Positions 1 to 9,723 are shown, numbered from the stretch's first letter. The stretch is DNA of 64,000 bases from Eledone cirrhosa (GCA_964016885.1 CAXHJY010001394.1:124001-188000); one strand, 5' to 3'. Numbers and translations: made by a program. Notes: generated by a model from the letters alone, not told the origin.

Positions 1-67
1 TGTGCATACAGGAGTTCCCATGGACAGCCAGTAATATGTAATAGCCTGCAGGATGATAATAAACAGA

Positions 68-120
68 AGAGGGTTAATTACAGAGCCCTGATAGAGGGTT
101 AATAACAGAGCCCTGATAGA
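68..120. repeat. 25-bp tandem duplication inside the RT QGS motif
   Basis: agagggttaattacagagccctgat followed by agagggttaataacagagccctgat; present in all six units. Confidence 0.9.
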
Positions 121-807
121 CTTGTTCACTCAACTCCTCACTATAGCCATCATTACTTTTAACCTTACTGACTGCTCCTCCATACATGGCTTTTACTGCT
201 CTCACAAGCCACTCATATACCCCTAGTTTTCTAAGTTATACATCAGATTATGGAAGGGGGAAGTCTCACAGAAGCTCTCTCTGGGTCAACAAATGCCAAG
301 TAGAGGGGCTTATTTTAGCTAGGTACTACTCTTGCAGTTGCCACACAAGGAAGAGGACATCAGTGGTACTTTTACCTGGCACAAATCCAAACTTCATCTC
401 ATCTAGGTTAACTTGGTCCCTAATCAGCTGTGTTATAAATCTAACACCTTCATGAAGTGGTCCATCTAATATTTCTATAGTTTTCTAGCTCTAGTACATC
501 TCCTTTGCCCTTGTAGCAGTTGATGATGATGATACTACACCATTTATTTGGTATGACACCATTTTGTATTACATGCTGTACGATACCAGTGGTTAAGATG
601 TGACCCACCACCCCAGATACTTTCAGTATCTCAGCAACTATCACCAATGGACAAGATACTTTCTCTGTCTTCATATCCTTAATTACCTTACTACACTACT
701 GCTTACTTGTATGGCTGGACCCTCTGTTGGGCTCACTTTCCGTAGACTATCTTCCTCCCATGCATTCTCCTCATTCAGTAATCTTTCATAAAGGCATTTC
801 CATGTTA

Positions 808-1003
808 CAAAGGTTGGCTGAAAAGTTCATAGACTATCAATGATAGCATGATGCTAGAGCTGTGAAATCTTGCCTGCATTAATTTCAACTCTTCTTATTA
901 ATAACTGCATTGTTTCCTTCCAGGGACTATGTTGAAAAATAAACCTCATTTGGTCATTCCATGAGTGTATCTTGGTCTGCCTATGAACTTTTCAGCTGAC
1001 CCT
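808..1003. mobile_element. Tc1/mariner-like MITE (~195 bp) inserted in the minus-strand LINE
   Basis: Imperfect TIRs aggttggctgaaaagttcatag ... ctatgaacttttcagctgaccct, with TA immediately 5' (806-807); interrupts LINE homology. Copies at 12223-12418, 26804-26999, 39801-39996, 51214-51409. Confidence 0.75.
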
Positions 1004-1717
1004 ATTCAGCATCAGTGAGCCCAAATGCCCCATTATCATCCTGGACACACTTTACCCCAACATCACAATTTGCCCTCACACACTGCCTCACAATCCTGAA
1101 CATCTCATGTATTTCATCCTCACATCATAAAACCAACTGAAATTATATATTCTCTGCTTCCCTCCTTGCAAAGAATACTTCTTGCCTAGCTTCCTGTAGT
1201 GTACCCTCCAGCTGCCTCCATTCTGCCATTATTCCATGCCTGTCTCTTGGCCTTAACTGTCTCATCTACCCTAGTGTTTCACCACCAAGATACTCTCCTC
1301 TCTGAAGCCCTGCTCCAGCCACAGATCTAGTTTGACACCTTCAGCAAAGGTTCTTTAAGGAACTCCCACTGTTCCCCTATATTGTATGTTTCTATTTGTT
1401 CTTCCTTACTGTTGTAAAGATCAAACAAAATATCTCTAAATTTGGAACTGGCTGAGGGGTCCTTTAACTTCCATATCCTTCTCCTCCAAGTTGCCCTCAG
1501 TCTTCAAGTTCATCTAAGTCTATGAAATCACTAACTACTGGGTTATGTTGGGAGGTGCATTCTTCCCCAGGGGGTGGGGATTGTGTGTTTACAAATGTCA
1601 ATATCTCATCTTCTGGTGAGGATAAAAATCTGACTGGCATGCTCCTCTGACCAATAGGTGTTGAAGTGGTTGTCGGGTAAACGTTAAGACCCTCTGATAT
1701 ACATATATATATATATA

Positions 1718-1975
1718 CTAGCAGTGGTACCCGGCGTTGCACGGGATAACGTATTTCGGAACGCGGGCCGCCATCTTCCACTTCAGCCGGTCGCCCTAAA
1801 GTGTTGGCTATTCAGTCTACTTGAGGCCAGTTGGTGAGGGGGGGGTACAGCTTTCAGTGTGCTACTACCCTCACGGTCAAATAGAAAGGGAGAGGAAGAA
1901 AAGTCAGCGTTAATATCGTGCTACACGTTTGAAAGGTTGGATGACCTTAGAGTTCACCAGGGTGGGGGGTTCTAA
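1718..1975 (-). mobile_element. Helitron-type 3' terminus and adjacent fragment (internal extent uncertain)
   Basis: Minus strand reads CCCGTGCAACGCCGGG (GC hairpin, 1730-1745), 8 nt, then CTAG|T (1718-1721) running into a (TA)n tract, the canonical Helitron 3' signature. Copies have CTAG at 13133, 27714, 40711, 52124. No 5' TC end identified. Confidence 0.65.
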
Positions 1976-2039
1976 AAGTATCTATCTTGGTATTTTATCT
2001 TAGAAGTAATCATTACAGAGTGTACTGGGTGTATTTTAG

Positions 2040-2831
2040 TGGGCAGTAATTCCATAAAGAACACAGTATAATCTGTGGACACAAGCCTTGCAGTGTGATT
2101 ACAGGCAGGTTAATGGGAAAGATAGATTATATATGTGACATGATGTACATGAGAAGTGAGGACACAGACCACACATGAAATAGATTCCTACAACTGTCAG
2201 GGAGGCTCCCTAGAATTACAGATGACATATTTCAATATCTCGGTGATCAAGTTAGCAGTGGAGGAAGAATCTCTAAAAGTGTAATACCCAGGATAAGGAC
2301 AGGCTGGAAGAAGTTTAGAGTACTGTTCCATCTGTTGACAACAAAGGGCTTCTCTCTCAGAATGGAGGCTAGACTGCTTGATACTTATGTGTGGTCTGCA
2401 ATCTACACCCCAGCCATGCCCCTTCCACTACCACTCCTTAGCTATTTCTCTCCATTAATACTCCTCACATTTCAAGCAGTTTTCTCATCTCAATGAAAGA
2501 AAAATATTGGGCTCAAGAGAAGTCTTCAGTTATGCCATGGTGTGGCAACCTCCCTAGGGTTGGGCAGAGTGTAAATGAGAGTGAAATTAGGTATGAGAGG
2601 GATCATATGCAGTATACAAGAGAGTAGATTACATTGGTATGGTCATGTGATGGGTATAAAGGATGACAGCTGTATAAAAATGTGCTGGGCAATCAAAGTT
2701 GATGGAAGTTATGAAGGCGGAAGACCCAGGATGACCTGGGATGAGGTGATAAAAGATGACTTTGCACAATTGCAACTCTCAAAGACAATGACACAGGATA
2801 GAGATCTTGAGATGTATGCAGCAATACAGAA
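2040..2831 (+). mobile_element. Decayed RTE-clade LINE C-terminal fragment
   Basis: Translates (with frameshifts) to FQYLGDQVSSGG..RIRTGWKKFR.L..LLTTKGFSLR and RLHWYGHVM..GRPRMTWDEVIK. Interrupted by unrelated sequence at ~2409-2564 and truncated by the satellite at 2832. Confidence 0.88.
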
Positions 2832-5800
2832 GGCCCTGTGCGTCGATCGTGGGCCGGCCGGATGTTGACGGATCGATGTGTAATTAGAAGTACATGTGCG
2901 GACACTCATTGGCTGTGCGTGGTATGCATTTCAGCAAGATATCTCCGTAACATCAAGAGTTATGGCTGTGGAGGCACACCTAGTCAAACGTAAACAAGCT
3001 CTGGAGCGTATACGCTTCGCGATTTTGTTTACGTTTGACTAGGTGTGCCTCCACAGCCACAACTCTTGATGTTACGGAGATATCTTGCTGAAATGCATAC
3101 CACGCACAGCCAATGAGTGTCCGCACATGTACTTCTAATTACACATCGATCCGTCAACATCCGGCCGGCCCACGATCGACGCACAGGGCCGGATGGCCCG
3201 TTTGCAGTGAATTTTCACCGGAATCGATCTGTAATTACTGGTACATGTGCGGACACACATTTGCTGTGTGTGGTGTGATTTTCACGAAAAACTGCCCATG
3301 CTAAATGAGGAAGCTGAAGTCCGCCGGCGAATGGTGTGCTTCGAAGAAAACTAATTCGAAAATGACCGTTTGCAGGCGGAGTAACCTTTTCGATCGTGGG
3401 CCAGCCGCCCGTGGTGGGATACATCTGTAATTACTGGTACATGTGCGGACACACATTTGCTGTGTGTGGTGTGATTTTCGAGAAAGACTGCCCATGCTAA
3501 ATGAGGAAGCTGAAGTCCGCCGGCGAATGGTGTGCTTCGAAGAAAACTAATTCGAAAATGACTATTTGCCGGCGGAATCACCTTTTCGGTCCTGGTCCGG
3601 CCGGATCTTGCCGGATCGATCGGAAATTTGTGGACCATGTTCGGAAGGCCATTGTGCATGTGTGGTGAAAAAAATTTGTGTCGAAATCTTCTCGGAAAAT
3701 AACGGATCGCCGGCGGAGATTGCCATTTCGATCGTGGGCCGGCCGGATCTTGTCGGATCGATTCGGACATATGTGCATCGTGTTCGCAAGGCCCTTGTCT
3801 ATGTGTGGTGTGATTTTCATAAAGAAATTCCGAAAAACCCAGTTTTAAATCTGATTTCGCCAAAGAATTTTGGCTATCAGATCGGGTTGAAAGGTATGGT
3901 TTCAGGTCGATCTGAAAGTCTAAAATGGAATTCACTCGGTTAGCTAACTTTTGATATATCGGAGATATCTTTCTGAAAATCACACCACACACTCCCAATG
4001 AGTGTCTGCACATGTACCAGTAATTACAGATGGATCCCACCACGGGCGGCCGGCCCACGATCGAAAAGGTTACTCCGAAGCACACCATTCGCCGGCGGAA
4101 TTCATTTAGCATGGGCAGTTTTTCTCGAAAATCACACCACACACAGCCAATGAGTGTCCGCACATGTACCAGTAATTACAGATGGATCCCACCACGGGCG
4201 GCTGGCCCACGATCGAAAAGGTTACTCCGCCTGCAAACGGTCATTTTCGAATTAGTTTTCTTCGAAGCACACCATTCGCCGGCGGACTTCAGCTTCCTCA
4301 TTTAGCATGGGCAGTTTTTCTCGAAAATCACACCACACACAGCAAATGTGTGTCCGCACATGTACCAGTAATTACAGATCGATTCCGGTGAAAATTCACT
4401 GAAAACGGGCCATTCTGCCCTGTGCGTCGATCGTGGGCCGGCCGGATGTTGACGGATCGATGTGTAATTAGAAGTACATGTGCGGACACTCATTGGCTGT
4501 GCGTGGTATGCATTTCAGCAAGATATCTCCGTAACATCAAGAGTTATGGCTGTGGAGGCACACCTAGTCAAACGTAAACAAGCTCTGGAGCGTATACGCT
4601 TCGCGATTTTGTTTACGTTTGACTAGGTGTGCCTCCACAGCCACAACTCTTGATGTTACGGAGATATCTTGCTGAAATGCATACCACGCACAGCCAATGA
4701 GTGTCCGCACATGTACTTCTAATTACACATCGATCCGTCAACATCCGGCCGGCCCACGATCGACGCACAGGGCCGGATGGCCCGTTTTCAGTGAATTTTC
4801 ACCGGAATCGATCTGTAATTACTGGTACATGTGCGGACACACATTTGCTGTGTGTGGTGTGATTTTCACGAAAAACTGCCCATGCTAAATGAGGAAGCTG
4901 AAGTCCGCCGGCGAATGGTGTGCTTCGAAGAAAACTAATTCGAAAATGACCGTTTGCAGGCGGAGTAACCTTTTCGATCGTGGGCCAGCCGCCCGTGGTG
5001 GGATACATCTGTAATTACTGGTACATGTGCGGACACACATTTGCTGTGTGTGGTGTGATTTTCGAGAAAGACTGCCCATGCTAAATGAGGAAGCTGAAGT
5101 CCGCCGGCGAATGGTGTGCTTCGAAGAAAACTAATTCGAAAATGACTATTTGCCGGCGGAATCACCTTTTCGGTCCTGGTCCGGCCGGATCTTGCCGGAT
5201 CGATCGGAAATTTGTGGACCATGTTCGGAAGGCCATTGTGCATGTGTGGTGAAAAAAATTTGTGTCGAAATCTTCTCGGAAAATAACGGATCGCCGGCGG
5301 AGATTGCTATTTCGATCGTGGGCCGGCCGGATCTTGTCGGATCGATTCGGACATATGTGCATCGTGTTCGCAAGGCCCTTGTCTATGTGTGGTGTGATTT
5401 TCATAAAGAAATTCCGAAAAACCCAGTTTTAAATCTGATTTCGCCAAAGAATTTTGGCTATCAGATCGGGTTGAAAGGTATGGTTTCAGGTCGATCTGAA
5501 AGTCTAAAATGGAATTCACTCGGTTAGCTAACTATTGATATATCGGAGATATCTTTCTGAAAATCACACCACACACTCCCAATGAGTGTCTGCACATGTC
5601 CCAGTAATTACAGATGGATCCCACCACGGGCGGCCGGCCCACGATCGAAAAGGTTACTCCGAAGCACACCATTCGCCGGCGGAATTCATTTAGCATGGGC
5701 AGTTTTTCTCGAAAATCACACCACACACAGCCAATCAGTGTCCGCACATGTACCAGTAATTACAGATGGATCCCACTACGGGCGGCTGGCCCACGATCGA

Positions 5801-5935
5801 AAAGGTTACTCCGCCTGCAAACGGTCATTTTCGAATTCGTTTTCTTCGAAGCACACCATTCGCCGGCGGACTTCAGCTGCCTCATTTAGCATGGGCAGCT
5901 TTTCTCGAAAATCACACCACACACAGCCAATGAGT
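2832..5935. repeat. Palindromic CpG-rich 1584-bp satellite block, unit 1 (about 2 copies)
   Basis: ORFs recur at +1584 (3113/4697) and the same peptides appear on both strands. Apex loops are at 2998-3024 and 4582-4608. Internal submonomer spacing is 196/152 bp (gtaattac at 3231, 3427, 4020, 4172, 4368). Confidence 0.97.
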
Positions 5936-5978
5936 TTAAAATACTCACCGTTTGATTTGGAAAAACTTAAAATGCTCA

Positions 5979-6010
5979 CATATATATGTGTATGTATTTA
6001 TCTATGCATG

Positions 6011-6056
<46 letters not shown>

Positions 6057-6552
6057 TGTATTTATCTATGTATTTATCTATATGCATGGATATATATATA
6101 TATATATATATTTATCTATGTATTTATCTATATGCATGGATATATATATATATATATATATATATGTATTTATCTATGCATGTATGAATATATAAAATAT
6201 ATATATATATATATGTGTGTATGTATTTATCTATGCATGTATGAATATATAAAATATATATATATATATATATGTATGTATTTATCTATGCATGTATATA
6301 TATATAAATATATACATAAATATATATATATATATATGTATTTATCTATGCATGTGTGCATACATATATATATATATATATGTATTTATCTATACATGTA
6401 TGTATATATATATATATACATATATAAGTATTTATCTATACATGTATGTATATATATATATACATATATATGTATTTATCTATACATGTATGTATATATA
6501 TATATATATATATATGTATATAAGTATTTATCTATACATGTATGTATATATA
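5979..6552. repeat. Compound (TA)n microsatellite/minisatellite punctuated by gtatttatctat(g/a)catg
   Basis: Direct reading. Copies at 20561-21134, 33558-34131, 44971-45544, 57968-58541. Confidence 0.97.
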
Positions 6553-6641
6553 AAATATTGTCATGTTTACAAAAATATTTTTCTAATATCGTGTTTAATA
6601 TTTTATATTGTCGTCTGCTTCTCTTCTCACGTGGTTACTAA

Positions 6642-7016
6642 CTCTCTCACCCTCTCTCTCTTTCCCCTCTCATACAACCCCTTCTTTCTCTTTCTTTCCC
6701 CTCTCACACAACCTCTTCTTTCTCTCTCTTTTTGCCAGTCCCTTCTCTCACTCTCTCTCCCTCTTCCTTTTTTTATCTCTTTCTTTCTGTCTCTGTTTCC
6801 CTCCTATAGACATTCTCTCTCTCTCTTTCTGCTCTCACTCAGCCTTCTCTCTCTTTCCCCTCTCACACAGTCTTCTCTCTCTCTCTTTCCCCTCTCACAC
6901 AGCATTCTCTCTCTCTCTCTCTCTCTTTCCCCTCTCACACAGCATTCTCTCTCTCTCTCTCTCTTTATTTCCCCTCTCACACAGCCTTCTCTCTCTATCT
7001 ATCTATCTCTCTCTCT
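6642..7016. repeat. Polypyrimidine (CT)n minisatellite punctuated by tttcccctctcacacagc
   Basis: Direct reading. Copies at 21224-21597, 34221-34594, 45634-46007, 58631-59004. Confidence 0.95.
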
Positions 7017-7297
7017 GGAGATTTTTTAACACAAAGTCACACAAGGATTAGAAAAATGGCGATTATCACTTTGAAAGTAACAATTATGCAATAAATAGTT
7101 GTTATTGCCACGTCTCGTATCCTCCTTTGGCAATGTGTAAAATGTTAGCGAGATCGAGTGAACAATACACAAGTTATAATACTTTACAGACGGGACTTAT
7201 ACAGTAGATGTAGCAAAATGCGTAGATTACGATTCTTGAGACGAGATTAAAATATACGATTATGGGATACTTTAAGAAGACGAGTAGATGTTTGAGT

Positions 7298-7655
7298 AGA
7301 TTTAGCTGCTTTTTCTAGCATTTTTAGTTATACTTTGAAGCAAATTTTTTTTGTTACTATTATATTAAAAGTTATCTGGTTACGTTATTTGACTGGTATT
7401 TCTAGCATTTTACAAGGACCACGTGTGTGTTTTATTTGAGGAAGATCTAGTTGTTATTTCTGATATTTTCTTCATCAAGTTAGTTGCTATTTCCTGCATC
7501 CTCTTGAAGACAAGGAATAATAATGAATTAGCTGCTGTTTCTAGTAGGTTCTATGGTAGTGGTGAGCGTGGGAGGGAGGTTTGACTGCTATTTTTAGCAG
7601 GTTCTAAGGCATTGAGGTTTATGTTTTACGAGAGATTTGGCTGTTATTTCTAACA
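7298..7655 (+). repeat. Seven degenerate direct copies of a ~23-bp motif (consensus about agatttggctgctatttctagca) with variable spacers
   Basis: Copies start at ~7298, 7385, 7443, 7476, 7524, 7577, 7633, with an eighth at 9273. Repeated in each macro-unit (+14581, +27578, +38991, +51988). Confidence 0.75.
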
Positions 7656-8014
7656 TGTTATAATGGAGAGAGAGAGAGAGAGTATAAGATATACAGAGAG
7701 AGGGAGTATAAGATATAGAGAGAGGGGAAACGGCCGATGTTTACGTTGAGAAAACCTAATAAAATGTTATAAATGGGTTTATAAAGAATAGAATGAGATA
7801 AACAAGACAAAGTTAGATAAAATAAATCAGCTGTAAGGATATTATACGATATATTTATAATATTTTAATATATTTTTCCTGGTCGTCTGCTGCCATTGAT
7901 AGAGAGAGGAGTGGTGGGAGGTAGCCATAACAACCGTGGTAGCAGCACTGAGGTTTGTTTTTAAAGAAGTGAATACAAGAAAAACAAGCAACTAAGAATA
8001 TTAATCTCTTAAAC

Positions 8015-8840
8015 CCTTCAAGATGTGTATGACAAGAAAGAAGACGTTTTAGAGTCGTATGACATAGATGATAACTGGAAATTCTTACGTGACAACTTAC
8101 TGCAGGCTACTGAAGAAACTTGTGGCTGGAGCAGAGCTCCGACCAGACAGAGAGTGACCTGGTGGTGGGACAACACGGTAGATAAGGCCATTAGAGACAA
8201 AAGACTAGCATGGAACACTTGAAAAAATGGTGGGAGTAGAGACCGATACACAGCTGCTAAGAGAGAAGCTAGACGTCAGATGTACTTAGCACGCACGGAG
8301 GCTGAGAGTAGGAGGTTTGCCAATGTTCTGTGATGGGAAGATCAGAGGCGTGCGGTGTTCCACATTGCAAGGCATGGTGTCAGTGTAAATCAGGATGTTG
8401 TTGGAGATAAGTGTATCCGGAATGATGCCAGTGTACTTGGTGTCACGAATGATCAAAAAAAGGAGGCCTGGAAATATCATTATGAGAGGCTGATGAATTG
8501 TGGAGAATGAATGGGAGAGAGGGAAACTATCCCCAGTAGACCCAACAGAGGGACCAGCTATTGAGATTGGGGAATATAGGGTACAAGAGGCAATTAAGGA
8601 AATGAAGAATGGCAAGGCTACTGGACTCTAGGGGATAGTTGCTCAGATGCTGAAGGCATCAGAAGTAGGCACTAAACTGGTTACACACATCATCAATCAA
8701 GCTATATATGGTAGTGTCATACCCAAAGAATGGTGCAGCAGTATTCTCATAAATTGGTACAAAGGTAAAGGGGATGCTCTGGAGAGGAGCAATTATATGG
8801 GCACTTCAATATTTAATGATACAGGTGATAAAACAACAAC
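8015..8840 (+). mobile_element. Decayed RTE-clade LINE fragment (endonuclease-RT linker and RT N-terminus)
   Basis: Peptides WKFLRDNLLQATEETCGW..TWWWDNTVDKAIRDKRLAW, IKEMKNGKATG, IPKEWCSSILINWYKGKGDALERSNY. In-frame stops (e.g. TGA ending 8222) and frameshifts. Confidence 0.9.
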
Positions 8841-8989
8841 TATAAGGTAAATAAGTCACCTTATGTTATTTACAAACATTAACGTCCACCTTAATATGAA
8901 ATAATCACCATAAAAGAGGAAGCGAGGGCATCGGCTACCGGCACCCGGGCTGCTCTCTCATCCTGAGTGGGATCTTCCAGCGTTGATGC

Positions 8990-9658
8990 ATCACCACGTT
9001 GATGTAAAACTTGGTTTTTCACTTTGGGATAATACACGTATTTGCAACTTATTTATGTTTATTTACGTTGAGCGTAATCGATTTGTTTCCATATCTCCAC
9101 GCGTTTTATTTCATAGTCATAGTTATAAAATTAGAAAACTTTCTTTAAAAAAAACAAATTAACGCGGGTAACTACAAGATAACCTTGTTTTGTAATACTG
9201 GCAGACATTGAAGATTCTTTATGGATGGTTGATACTCAGCTGCCAGGAACACAGGATGTGGCAGAGGGTATAAGATTTGCCTGCTATTTCTAGCAACTTC
9301 AATGACCACATAATTGGTTTGTAATTTTGTTTTAAAGTGTAAGGGTTTACACAGCCATTTATGAATTTCTAAGAGATACGTTTACGATGAGATACACTTA
9401 TTAAAAATACTTTCATTGCATAGTTCCGTTTGTAAAGGCTTTAATTTACTGTACTACTCGGGAACCTTTTAATAACACACAGGATTAAGTCCATGTTTGT
9501 TCAACCAATTAATGGTATCTGCTGTAGTAGGGGTAACGATGGAAATATGGCGATGATTAACTCCACCCTGGGGTATAATGTAGAATTCATATTTTTCAAC
9601 TTGCCCATACGTGTATTATCCCAAAGTGAAAAACCAAGTTTTACATCAACGTGGTGAT
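8990..9658. mobile_element. Putative non-autonomous TIR element (MITE) with perfect 52-bp terminal inverted repeats
   Basis: 8990-9041 atcaccacgttgatgtaaaacttggtttttcactttgggataatacacgtat is the exact reverse complement of 9607-9658. Could be CAC..GTG termini with an AT target duplication. Confidence 0.7.
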
Positions 9659-9723
9659 TTCAAAGTTTATTTATTTACACATGGTGGTGGGGGGGGATAC
9701 GGAAATAAACGAAGGTTGACGAA

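Larger units (their letters stand above)
1..1690 (-). mobile_element. Decayed RTE-clade LINE (end of endonuclease, linker, RT N-terminal half); continues beyond the window start
   Basis: Minus-strand peptides GEECTSQH..VVSDF (APE C-terminal end), IPNKWCSIIIINCYKGKGD..ENYR (RT N-terminus), QGSVINPLLFII and PWELLYA (RT motifs). Many stops and frameshifts. Ends approximate. Confidence 0.88.

Noticed and set aside
3351-4163. 270-aa ORF and the other 60-200 aa ORFs in the satellite as protein-coding genes
   Set aside because: The same peptides appear on both strands and in several frames because the DNA is palindromic and GC-rich. No recognisable domain, and the ORF is broken in last-type copies.
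2832-5935. Rolling-hairpin (parvovirus-like), protelomerase-junction or breakage-fusion-bridge concatemer
   Set aside because: Those mechanisms give alternating head-to-head and tail-to-tail units, often with flipped loops. Here all apex loops and all central unique segments (e.g. 3830-3960) have the same orientation, so the array is a direct tandem. No Rep or resolvase ORF is present.
2832-5935. CENP-B boxes in the TTCG-rich satellite
   Set aside because: The TTCG sites I checked do not fit TTCGNNNNANNCGGG. The check was not exhaustive.
5582-7051. 200-250 aa YI-rich and LS-rich ORFs
   Set aside because: Translations of (TA)n and (CT)n tracts.
7298-7655. CRISPR array
   Set aside because: Repeats are degenerate, spacer lengths vary from 10 to 64 bp, there are no cas genes, and the context is eukaryotic.
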